Shown here: piece after piece, positions 55,118 to 64,000 of the stretch
How positions within the stretch are numbered: the stretch's first letter is position 1
Layout of the letters: every line of letters begins with the position of its first letter
NCBI GenBank assembly: GCA_963727505.1
Contig: CAVSGP010000015.1
Coordinates: 1 to 64,000, forward strand
Source: an uncultured Trueperaceae bacterium
Lineage (GTDB): Bacteria; Deinococcota; Deinococci; Deinococcales; Trueperaceae
DNA length: 64,000 nucleotides
Direction of reading: 5' to 3'
Made by a program: the position numbers and the translations under genes
Notes under the pieces: generated by a model
Seen by the model: only the letters and a program-made list of their open reading frames with translations
Told to the model about the DNA's origin: nothing
Databases searched by the model: none

Positions 55118-56596
55118 CTAGCGCTCGCCGACCTCCTCGAAGGCAACGCGCCGACCGTCCACCCGGAAGACGTTCCCCTCGATGCGCTCGATCCGTGGCT
55201 CGCCGACGAGCCACGCCGCCAACGCCTTGCGCTCGTCGGGGTCCAGCCAGGCCGGCGGGTCGGAGCAACCCTTGAAGCCCGCCACCAGGCCCAGATCCTG
55301 GAGGGCGCCTCGCTGCTCCGGCGTGAGCAGGTCGTAGCGCGAGCGGAAGAACGCCACGTCGGGGTCGGTATGCACCAGCGGACGCAGCCACAGCCGCGCG
55401 ACGCTGGTACGGATCGCGCCGCGCGCCGCAGGCCCCGTCGGGTCGTGGAGCAGCAGCCGGCGGTCCTCGTTGTCCCAGTACGGCGCCGTGTCCGGGCCGA
55501 CGCGAAGTCCGTCGGCCAGGCCGAGCGAGGCCAGCACCGGAGCCCCGCAGGCCAGCAGGTAGGCGTCCTCGCCGCAGGCCGCGCGCACCAGCGCCAGCGC
55601 CTCGCGGTAGGCCCGCTCGCGCCCCATCGGCCGGTGGCGCACGCCGGGCAGGGCGGCGGCGTACAGGAAGTCCAGCTTGAGCAGATCGAAGCCCCAGCCG
55701 CGGGCCCGCCGCACGGTCGCCTCGAGCCACACCCGCACCTCGGGATGCGTGGTGTCGAGGGCGTGGAAGGGCCCACCCCAGTTCACGCCCGCCGGCACCG
55801 GCTCGCCGGAAGCGTCGCGCAGCAACCAAGACGGATGGTCGCGGTGGAGGCGGCTGCCCGGGCGCGCGATGAACGGCGCCAGCCACAGCCCGGGCGTGAC
55901 ACCGGCGGCGCGGATGCGCGTCGCCAGGCTCTCCATGCCGGAGCCGAAGGCGTCGTTGGGCTCCCAGTCGCCGATGGCCCGCTGCCAGCCGTCGTCGATC
56001 TGGAAGGCGTCGAAGGCCAGCTCCCCCAGTCCGTCGAGGACCTCGAGCAGGGCGTCTTCAGAGATGTCGCGGTAGAAGCCGTACCAGCTCGACCACAGGC
56101 GCGGCGCGGCGGAGGCGCCGCGGCGCCCGAAGCGCTCGGCGAGCCGCTCGGCGTAGGCGCCGAACACCTCCGCCTCCGTTCCGAAGGCCACGAACCAGTC
56201 CCCCGGGCCCTGCTCGTAGCCACCCTCGATCCCGCGTGCGTCGGCCTCGACGCGAGCTTCCAGCTCGAGCGCGCCGAGCAGCAGCACGCCGTCGGCCGTG
56301 GCGAGGGCGCCCACCCCGCTGCCGCCGTGGCGGATGGCCTCGGCGTAGCGCGGGTCCTCCCCTTGCGGGCGGCGCGAGGGAGGCTCGATGGCGCGTACCG
56401 GCTCGGTGAGCTCGAGCCAGCGCGCCTCGCTCCAGCTCTGCCAGCCGTGCCGGTAGAAGCGCGTGGCGCCGCCGCCGGCCAGGGCGATCCGCTCGGCGCG
56501 GACCCGGAAGCCTCCCGTCACCGGCTCGGCGCCGGACGGCAGCTCGGCCGGGCCGAGCCTCACGGGCGCTTCCTCATCGGGGTCGCTCACCGGCAT
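55118..56596 (-). CDS. GH36 alpha-galactosidase
   Basis: GWQSWS, WSSWY, FQIDDGWQ, GLWLAPF, LKLDFLY, RVGPDTAP, DPDV. Confidence 0.9.
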   Translation of the reverse strand: MPVSDPDEEAPVRLGPAELPSGAEPVTGGFRVRAERIALAGGGATRFYRHGWQSWSEARWLELTEPVRAIEPPSRRPQGEDPRYAEAIRHGGSGVGALATADGVLLLGALELEARVEADARGIEGGYEQGPGDWFVAFGTEAEVFGAYAERLAERFGRRGASAAPRLWSSWYGFYRDISEDALLEVLDGLGELAFDAFQIDDGWQRAIGDWEPNDAFGSGMESLATRIRAAGVTPGLWLAPFIARPGSRLHRDHPSWLLRDASGEPVPAGVNWGGPFHALDTTHPEVRVWLEATVRRARGWGFDLLKLDFLYAAALPGVRHRPMGRERAYREALALVRAACGEDAYLLACGAPVLASLGLADGLRVGPDTAPYWDNEDRRLLLHDPTGPAARGAIRTSVARLWLRPLVHTDPDVAFFRSRYDLLTPEQRGALQDLGLVAGFKGCSDPPAWLDPDERKALAAWLVGEPRIERIEGNVFRVDGRRVAFEEVGER

Positions 56597-56634
56597 CGCT
56601 CACCGGCATCGCTCACCGGCATCGCTCATCGGCA
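56583..56634. repeat. 13-bp tandem repeat x4 at the GH36 5' end
   Basis: TCGCTCACCGGCA x3 plus TCGCTCATCGGCA. Confidence 0.9.
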
Positions 56635-57130
56635 TCGGGGTGTGCACGACCCCAGTCTACGGAGTGCCGCAGCAGGAACACAGCAGGGGCGCAGCAGGAA
56701 CACAGCAGGGCCGCAGCAGGGCCGACCAAACAGGGCCGAAGGAACAGGACCGAACGAACAGGACCGCGAGAACAAGGGGCACCGCGGCCCCGCCCTGCGA
56801 ACCCGCCCCGCGAACCCGCCCCGCGAACCCGCCCTGCGAACCGGGCCGCCGAAGCCTTGTTAAGGACCTAACCGCACCCCCTGTCTCGATGGGGTACCTT
56901 GCTCGCTGCCTCCCTCTGCGGAGGCCCCCAATCGATGGCCGCGGCGGCAAGAGAGCCCCGCACCATCACCCACGCCCCCTTCCGAGGGGTCTGGAGCGCG
57001 CAGCGGCCCCCCACGCTGCGCGCTCCGTTTTCGGGTCCCTCGGGCCCGGGGCCTGCCCGGGGCCTGCCCGGGGCGGCGAACGCCGGCGCCGCGGCCGCCT
57101 GGGCCCCGCGCCGCGCGATAGACTGGCTCC

Positions 57131-59209
57131 ATGGAAGCTGGGGCGGAGAAGCGGGAGGCGGACGCCGCCGACCGTACCCAAGCGTCCCCTTCACCTCCGA
57201 GCGCAGGCGCACCCGCCATCATCAACCTCAAGCGACAGTTGTACCTGTTCCTGCTGCCGGCGCTCGCGGTCGTGACGCTGGTCACCGGGCTGCTCGGCGC
57301 GCCTGGCTCCTACGATCGCCTCGTCCTGCCCATGCTCAGCGTCGTCCTTCTGGTGACGTTGCTGTTGGTGTCGTTCCGATGGGTCCAGCCGCGTCACTTG
57401 GAAGCAGCCCTCTTCAGCGTGTTCGCGGTGACCTACCTGAGCAAGCTGGGGGCCAGCCTCGCCGCCGGCACCACCGACCAGATCTTCGTGTGGACGCCCC
57501 TGCTGTACGCGCTGGCGTTCCTGCTGTTCGAGCCGTTGCCGGCGCTGCTCACCTCGGCGGGCGTGCTCACCGCATCGCTCGTTGTGACGGTGGCCGTGGC
57601 ACATCTCGCGCCGATCCCGGTGCGCAGCTTGTTCGAGTTCTACCTCGCGAACGTCCTACTCGTCCAGATCATCTACGGCATGGCCCGGCTGCGGAGCAAC
57701 GTCGCGTCCCTGCAGCGCGAGCTCCTGGACATGCAGCTGCTCGCCCATCAGGACATCCTGACGCGGCTCCCCAACCGCCGCGCGCTGCAGGACACCCTCG
57801 CCCAGGCGATCGCGTTGGCCGAACGCCGAATGCAGGGCGTGGCCGTCATCCTCTTCGACCTCGACGACTTCAAACGCGTCAACGACGAGCACGGCCACGA
57901 CGCCGGAGACCGCATCCTTCGCGATGTGGCGACCCGGGGCGAGAGCGTCCTGCGGCGCCCCGACACCCTGGGGCGCTGGGGCGGAGAGGAGTTCCTGGTC
58001 ATCGCGCCGGGGATCGACCTGCCCGGGGCCATGCGGGTGGCGGAGCGCCTGCGGGCGGCCCTCGGCTCCCACCCGTTCGGCGGCGTCGGAGCGGTGACGG
58101 CGAGCTACGGGGTGACGACCTACCACCCGGGCGACACCGCAGAGACGCTCCTGAAGCGCGCCGACGACGCGCTCTACCTCGCCAAGCAGAGCGGCAAGGA
58201 CCGGGTCGAGGCGCTGGTGCGCGAGAGGGTCCAGCACGTGGTGCTGCCCGTCCTCGCCCGTCCCTTCCCGCCATTGGAGCGCGACACCGACCAGCTCCAG
58301 CGCGACACCCTGACGTGGCTGAAGGACTTCGAGGTGGCCCCCTCCGAGACGCTCTACCGCTGGGTGGCGGCGGTGCAGCCCGGTTGGCTCGCCGGTCACA
58401 TGCAGCGCAGCAACGACGCCACCCGGCTGCAGATCGTGTCGGACTGGACGTTCTGGATGTTCCTGCACGACGACCACTGCGACACCAGCGCCGCCGGACG
58501 CCATCCCCGCTACCTGATCGACCTGCACCAACGCCTGCTCGGGGTTCTGGCCGGCGACGCGGCCGAGCCGCAGGACGGCGCCCTGGCGACGCTGCTGGCG
58601 GACCTGCGCGATCGCCTGGCGGTCGCCGGCGGCGACGACGCCGTCCCGCGCTTCGCCGACGCCACCGATCGCTACTTCGCGGCCACCCGCTGGGAGGCGG
58701 CCAACCGCGCGAGCAACACCACGCCCGACCTGGAGACCTACGAGCGCATGCGCCTGCTGACCAGCGGCCTGCCCGTGCACACGGTCCTGCTGGAGACCCT
58801 CGACGACGTGCCGGTGTCCGACCAACCGCTGGCGAAGGCTCTCTATGCAGCGGCCGATCGCGCCGTGTGCTGGGCGAACGACATCTACTCGCTGAACAAG
58901 GAGGTCCAGGAGGAGGACGTCCACAACCTGGTGGTCGCCCTGCAGGCGAGCCACCACCTGGGCCTCGACGACGCCCTCGAGCGCGCCGCCCGCATGCACG
59001 ACGAGCAGGTCGCGCGCTACCAGCAGCTCCGCGCCACGGTCGACGAGCAGGAAGGCCCGGAGCGCGAGGCCCTGGAAACCATCGCGCAGGCGCTGGAGGC
59101 GCGCATGGGCGCCAACGTGGCCTGGTCCGAGCGCTGCAGCCGCTACCGGGCCGCCGTCACCGTGCGGGTGGAGCCGGAGACCGAGGCGGTTCCCAAGGCT
59201 TCCGACTGA
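57131..59209 (+). CDS. Membrane diguanylate cyclase fused to a class I terpene synthase
   Basis: ~5-6 TM; DLDDFKRVND, RRPD, RWGGEEF; then DDHCD, NDIYSLNKE, WSERCSRY; TAGACT-6nt-ATG. Confidence 0.88.
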   Translation: MEAGAEKREADAADRTQASPSPPSAGAPAIINLKRQLYLFLLPALAVVTLVTGLLGAPGSYDRLVLPMLSVVLLVTLLLVSFRWVQPRHLEAALFSVFAVTYLSKLGASLAAGTTDQIFVWTPLLYALAFLLFEPLPALLTSAGVLTASLVVTVAVAHLAPIPVRSLFEFYLANVLLVQIIYGMARLRSNVASLQRELLDMQLLAHQDILTRLPNRRALQDTLAQAIALAERRMQGVAVILFDLDDFKRVNDEHGHDAGDRILRDVATRGESVLRRPDTLGRWGGEEFLVIAPGIDLPGAMRVAERLRAALGSHPFGGVGAVTASYGVTTYHPGDTAETLLKRADDALYLAKQSGKDRVEALVRERVQHVVLPVLARPFPPLERDTDQLQRDTLTWLKDFEVAPSETLYRWVAAVQPGWLAGHMQRSNDATRLQIVSDWTFWMFLHDDHCDTSAAGRHPRYLIDLHQRLLGVLAGDAAEPQDGALATLLADLRDRLAVAGGDDAVPRFADATDRYFAATRWEAANRASNTTPDLETYERMRLLTSGLPVHTVLLETLDDVPVSDQPLAKALYAAADRAVCWANDIYSLNKEVQEEDVHNLVVALQASHHLGLDDALERAARMHDEQVARYQQLRATVDEQEGPEREALETIAQALEARMGANVAWSERCSRYRAAVTVRVEPETEAVPKASD

Positions 59210-59378
59210 GCAACCCCGCCGGAGCAACACGGCGCGACGGCCACTGCCCCGGGGACCCCTGCCCGATCCTGCCCGAGTCCCTCCCGCCGAGCCTCACCCG
59301 CCCCGAGCCTCACCCGCCTGAGCGCCCCGCGCGGGTCGCCCCCCGATCCAGACGAGGCACGCAACCGAACGAAGGCAA

Positions 59379-59413
59379 CGGAAGGGGGGCGCCCATCGGG
59401 CGCCCCCCTTCCG
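59379..59413. terminator. Perfect 16-bp hairpin between convergent genes
   Basis: CGGAAGGGGGGCGCCC-ATC-GGGCGCCCCCCTTCCG. Confidence 0.7.
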
Positions 59414-59459
59414 CCCCCCGTAGCTTCCGGGGGCCGATCTGACGTTGCTCAGGCGTTCG

Positions 59460-60959
59460 CTACTGCGTCACCTTGAAGGCGAAGCGGAAGTGGAACTTGT
59501 GGGGGTGATCCTGCCAGGTGAGCACGGCCTGGCGGTACAGGAAGGGCTGCTCCTCGACCGCGCTGTAGTCCTTGTTTCGGTAGAACGACGGGTACAGGTC
59601 GATGTAGTGCCAGCCGGGCGCCCAGCTCGCAGTGACGGGCACGACCACATCGCCGTTGGTACTGAAACCGCAGCCATATCCCAGGTAAGTGTTGTCGATG
59701 ACGACGGCGAAGATGTTGGTGGTCTGGGTCCATCCCAGGCCCTTGACGTGGATCGTGATCTTGGTGCCGACCGGCCCTTCGGACGGCTGCAGCGGGAGCG
59801 CGACGACGCCGATGTCGAAGTGCGTGCTGGCCACGACCTTGTCACCGACCATGGCCTGGAGCCGGTGCTCGCCGCCGAGGGCGTCGGGGTACTGGAAGGG
59901 GAGGTCGAAGGCGCCGCTGGCGTCCGTCTTCACCGTCTTCACGGGCACGGTGGCCGCCGAGTAGAGCGACTCCGTCACGCGCGACCCACTCATGGTGGAG
60001 AAGGCGAGCGCTACGTCGCTGTTGGCAGGGAGGTCGCGACCGTGGATCTGCGCGTCGGCGAAGACACCGGCATGCTTGGGGTCGACCCACAGCTTCGGCC
60101 CGCTCGTGCTGGGCTCAGCACCGGCGATCGGCGCCTGGCTCTGCTGCTCGATCGGCTTGGGCATCACGGGCGCGCCGTCGGTGACCGTGAACATGAACTG
60201 CGGCTCGGGCAGGAAGCCGTACGGCGAGGAGGCGAGCGCCAGGTAGGGCGCGTCGAAGGGCGAGTTGCGAAGCTCGACGAGGTGCTTGCCGACCCTTCCC
60301 GTGGCCGGGATCACGAAGTTGGCCGTGCCGTGCGTCTCGACGGCGGTGATGAAACCCGTGATGGCGTTGTCGTAGGTGAGGGCGTACCAGCCAGCGATGT
60401 TGTTGATCGAGTCGATGCCGGTAACGGTCATGTGGATGTCCGTACCGACGGGTCCACTGTCCGGCGACATGGTGGTGTGCATCTGCACGTAGTAGCCGGC
60501 CTTGTTGACGTTGTCGCCGTTCTCCTGCACGTAGATGTCGTGGTTGCCCCCGAAGCCCTCGGGAACGGTGAAGGGAGCTGAGAAGCTACCGTCGGAGCCG
60601 ACCGTCACCGTCGCGAGCGGGACGCTCCGCTGCTCGAACTGGCGTCCCAGGAAGTTGCCGGTGTAGTCGCCGTCCTTCATCTCGAGCTTCCACTGGCCAT
60701 CGAAGGCAGCCCATACGACGTTCAGGCTGGCGCCGGACTCGAAGCCCGAGCCCGTCAGCGTCGCCTGCGATCCGACGATGCCCTTGGCGGGGGTCACCTG
60801 GACCTCACCCTTGAGGCCGTTGGGGAAGGTGGCCTGGCTGGTGGCCGCGTTGCCCTGGGCGAAGGCTGCCGCCAGGATCGTCGCGATGGCCAGTAGCAAT
60901 ACCGCACGTCCGGCCGTATCGAGGGCGTTTCTCAGGGGCTTGCGAAGGTTCCGTACCAT
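59460..60959 (-). CDS. Secreted protein with four Ig/IPT-like modules
   Basis: Signal peptide ending AFA-Q; repeated P..GPVGT.I-like module starts; YGCGFSTNG near the C-terminus. Confidence 0.75.
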   Translation of the reverse strand: MVRNLRKPLRNALDTAGRAVLLLAIATILAAAFAQGNAATSQATFPNGLKGEVQVTPAKGIVGSQATLTGSGFESGASLNVVWAAFDGQWKLEMKDGDYTGNFLGRQFEQRSVPLATVTVGSDGSFSAPFTVPEGFGGNHDIYVQENGDNVNKAGYYVQMHTTMSPDSGPVGTDIHMTVTGIDSINNIAGWYALTYDNAITGFITAVETHGTANFVIPATGRVGKHLVELRNSPFDAPYLALASSPYGFLPEPQFMFTVTDGAPVMPKPIEQQSQAPIAGAEPSTSGPKLWVDPKHAGVFADAQIHGRDLPANSDVALAFSTMSGSRVTESLYSAATVPVKTVKTDASGAFDLPFQYPDALGGEHRLQAMVGDKVVASTHFDIGVVALPLQPSEGPVGTKITIHVKGLGWTQTTNIFAVVIDNTYLGYGCGFSTNGDVVVPVTASWAPGWHYIDLYPSFYRNKDYSAVEEQPFLYRQAVLTWQDHPHKFHFRFAFKVTQ

Positions 60960-61002
60960 ACTGCGCTCCATTCTTTCAGTCGGGCCAGCGGCCCGCAGGG
61001 CG

Positions 61003-62528
61003 TCACTCCGTGACCGTGAAGACGTAGCGGAAGTGGAAGGGTGTTGGGGTGGTCGTGCCAGGTGAGCGTGGCCTGGCGGTAGAGGAAGGGCTGCTCGTCG
61101 GCCGCCCCGTAGTCGTTGTTGCGGTAGAAGGACGGGTAGAGGTCGATGAAGTGCGGGCCCGGCGCCCAGCTGGCAGCGATCGGGCACGATCACATCGCCG
61201 TTGGTGCTGAAGCCGCAGGCGTAGCCGTAGAAGGTGTTGTCGATCACCACGCGCGAAGATGTTGTTGGTCTGGGTCCAGCCGATACCCTTGACGTGGAGC
61301 GTGGATGGCGGTACCGACCGGCCCCTCGGCCGGCTCGAGCGGCAGCCCGACCGCCTGGATGGTGAAGTGCGCGGTCGCAACGACTGGTCGCTGTTCACCT
61401 TGGCCTCGAGCCGGTGCTGGCCACCGAGCGCGTCGGGGATCGGGAAGGGCGTGTCGAAGGCGCCCTCGGCGTCGGTGGTGACCGTCTTGAACGGCACCGT
61501 GGTCGCCTGAGTAAACCGGCCGCCGTGACCCGCGAACCGCTCATCTCGGTGTAGGCGAGCGTCCACGCTCGGCGTCGGCGGGCAGGCCGCGGCCGTGTAC
61601 CTGGGCGTCGCCGAAGACGCCGGCCGCCTCGGGATCGACCCACAGCTGGGGGCCGTCACGCGCTGGGCTCGGCGCCGGGCGACCGCCGGCGGCTCCTGCT
61701 GGGCGATGGGCGCGGGCATCACCGGCGCACCGTCGGTCACGGTGAAGATGAACTGTGGCGAGGGCAGCTTGGCGTAGGGGGATGAGGTGAGCGCGAGATA
61801 GGGCTGTCCGAAGGGCGACCTGAGCAGCTCGATGACGTGCTTTCCCACGCGGCCGGTGGCGGGGATGACGACGTCGGCGGTGCCGTGCGTGGTGACGGCG
61901 GTGATGAAGCCGGTGTTGGTGCTGTCGTAGAGTGACGCCATACCAGCCGGAGATGTTGTTGAGGTCGGTCGAGGCCGGTGACGTGTGAGGGTGATGTCGG
62001 AACCGAGCGGGACCGCTCTGGGGCGTCATTGTGGCGTGCATGCGGACGCTAGAAGCCGGACTTGTTGATGTTGGTCGCCGTTCTCGCGCACGTAGATGTC
62101 GTGCGTCCCGCCGAAGCCCTCGGGCACGAGAATGGGTAGCTGAGAAGCTTCCGTCCGAGCCGACCGTCACCGTGGCGAGCGGGACCGAGCGGCTGATGGA
62201 ACTGACGGCCGAGGAAGTTGCCGGTCGTACTCGCCGTCCTTCATCTCCAGCTTCCAGCTGCCGTCGAAGGCGCCCCATACGACGTTCGAAGCTGGCCCCG
62301 GCGTCGAAGCCGGAGCCCTGCAACGTCGCCTGCGATCCGACGAAGCCCTTGGCTGGGGGCCACCTGGAGTTCGCCCTTGAGGCCGTTCGGGAAGGTCAAT
62401 TGGCTGGTGGCAGCACTGCCCTGCGCCGAGGCGCTGGCGAACAACATGCCGACGGCCAGGAAGAGTACCGCTAGCAGGGTGCGGGCACCCATACGGGTTC
62501 CACGAATGCTTGTGTTCACGAGTTCCAT
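61003..62528 (-). pseudogene. Paralog of 59460-60959 with many frameshifts (pseudogene or sequencing errors)
   Basis: Fragments TFPNGLKGE, GFITAVTTHGTA..PATGRVGKH, KGIGWTQTNNIF, YACGFSTNGD, FHFRYVF in different frames; AAGGAG RBS. Confidence 0.7.
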
Positions 62529-62680
62529 CTCCTTGTCGGGGGTGTGCCGGTCATATTCGTACGTTCTCATCCAGATTGGGAACATAGGACGGGCGCCCTC
62601 GCTGCCGCTCGTTGAGCAACATGCATTGATTCGCGGTAGGGGGCGCCCGGGAGCTACGGGTCTCGCGGCTCGGCGGAAAC

Positions 62681-63253
62681 CTATCCGAGCATCCAGTACC
62701 ACCAGCGGTGCTTCTCGTAGCGCCGCAGGAGGGAGTCGATCCCCCAGATGTGGCCTGCACCCATCGACGCCAGCGTGAAGAAGGCGAAGATGGCGATGAG
62801 TTGGACGTCGAACCAGCCGCTGGTCGGCGGCAGGCAGGCGGTGTAGAAGCTGAGCATGATCAGCGTGCCGGCCAGGGCCGCGAGGCGGGTGAGGAAGCCC
62901 GTGACCATGGCGAGGCCGATGGCTCCCGTTCCCAGGATCAGCAGCCAGAGCACGAGCTGGTTTCCCCACAGTGCCGTGTAGACCTGTCCGATGGGGCCCT
63001 GAACGACCCCTGGCAACAGCGCGCTGGCGCTGGTCCAGCCGTCCCAGCCGCCGCGCATGAGCTTGTACGCGACCTGCAGCATGCTCAGGCCGAGCGCCAT
63101 GCGAAGCGCGAAGAGCGCGAACTCACCGACCGAGAGCCTGGCGCTCTGGCCGAGCTGCTCCTCGGGCCGGTCGAAGCGGGAGCCGCCCCGGACGCGAGCG
63201 GCCGGCTCCTCGGCAGCGAGGCCGGACATCCGTTGACGATCCGGAGCGGCCAT
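62681..63253 (-). CDS. DoxX/DoxD-family membrane protein
   Basis: LRMALG, GLAMVTGFLTRLAALAG, GAGHIWGID motifs; ~4 TM. Confidence 0.8.
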   Translation of the reverse strand: MAAPDRQRMSGLAAEEPAARVRGGSRFDRPEEQLGQSARLSVGEFALFALRMALGLSMLQVAYKLMRGGWDGWTSASALLPGVVQGPIGQVYTALWGNQLVLWLLILGTGAIGLAMVTGFLTRLAALAGTLIMLSFYTACLPPTSGWFDVQLIAIFAFFTLASMGAGHIWGIDSLLRRYEKHRWWYWMLG

Positions 63254-63257
63254 CTCG

Positions 63258-63755
63258 TTACCTCTTCTCGACCGTGATCAGGGTCGGGTAGCCTTCGGCG
63301 GCGGGGAAGTCCTGGTTCATGGGCGTCCACGTCACCGTGTTGCCGGCGCTGTCCTTGATGATGAGGTCGTACTTGAGCACGCCCGTGGGGTACACCGGAG
63401 GAATGGTCCAGCCGGCGGCCCACATCCAGACCTTGTTGGCGCCGTCCTTGGGGTGCTCGCCGAGCGCCAGGTCCACCGTCGAGCCGCTCTCGAGCTTGGC
63501 CTGCACGGTCATGCCGAGCTGCTTGGCCTGGTCGGGCGTGACCACTTCGCCGGTCGTGGTGCTGTACACCTTGGCCAGCCACACGACCTGCTCGCCGGTC
63601 TTGAACGTCGACACCAGCACGCAACTCGGGCCGCTAGCGTTCTTGCTGCCGCGCACGACCTCGGCCTGGACGTAGTAGGCCGGGCCGGCAGCGAACGCCG
63701 CTCCGACGGTAGCCGCGAGCACCAGCGCAATGACGAGGAATTTGATCTTACGCAT
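63258..63755 (-). CDS. Secreted hypothetical protein
   Basis: GGAGG RBS; MRKIKFLVIALVLAATVGAAFA signal; SCVLVSTFKTGEQVVW. Confidence 0.75.
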   Translation of the reverse strand: MRKIKFLVIALVLAATVGAAFAAGPAYYVQAEVVRGSKNASGPSCVLVSTFKTGEQVVWLAKVYSTTTGEVVTPDQAKQLGMTVQAKLESGSTVDLALGEHPKDGANKVWMWAAGWTIPPVYPTGVLKYDLIIKDSAGNTVTWTPMNQDFPAAEGYPTLITVEKR

Positions 63756-63882
63756 CACTGATTCGCCTCCTAATGAACTTCCTAGAGAACTGAACGATCC
63801 CGCTCCACGGAAATCATCCGGGTCGATCATCCTCCCGCGGGCCCTCGGGAAAAAAGGGACAAACATACCCTTCGGGACGCCA

Positions 63883-63901
63883 GACACCCCTATGGGGTAT
63901 C
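63883..63901. promoter_or_regulatory. CsoR/RcnR-like C-tract/G-tract palindrome upstream of the secreted-protein/DoxX operon
   Basis: GACACCCC-TAT-GGGGTATC. Confidence 0.45.
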
Positions 63902-64000
63902 CGACCTGCACGGCACACATAGCGTCGTGAAGGCCTTCACGAGCATGCCTCGCCGAGCGAGAAGCTCGATGATGAGCGGGGTTCGCGTGGTCGTTCGGGA

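Noticed and set aside
59460..61250. 596-aa ORF with a duplicated C-terminal motif at its N-terminus
   Set aside because: Read-through from the frameshifted paralog; the real gene starts at ATG 60959 with a signal peptide

Overview
A very GC-rich bacterial chromosomal window. Many genes have a TANNNT box 5-6 nt before the start codon (leaderless), which together with the gene content suggests Deinococcota (possibly Truepera-like); this is inference. In order, the window holds: vapBC and zwf; a ~20 kb convergent surface-polysaccharide locus (priming GT, wbpA/B/D/E-like diacetamido-uronic acid pathway, Wzx/Wzy/Wzz, AsnB-type amidotransferase, deacetylases, GT4s, two near-identical inverted beta-helix genes); five c-di-GMP enzymes; an arsR-orf-arsM::GNAT cassette; a P1B-4 ATPase; ABC, Kup and two-component genes; an M16 peptidase pair; acs-satP; a GH36; and a secreted-protein/DoxX operon. 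The standout is a single 692-aa ORF (57131-59209) fusing a membrane-anchored, motif-intact diguanylate cyclase to a complete class I terpene synthase. Second is an unannotated ~45-bp dispersed element (8 copies, mostly inverted pairs) that also brackets the arsenic cassette. Frameshifts cluster at 6-20 kb and 61-62.4 kb and may be sequencing indels. No rRNA, tRNA, CRISPR array or transposase was recognised.
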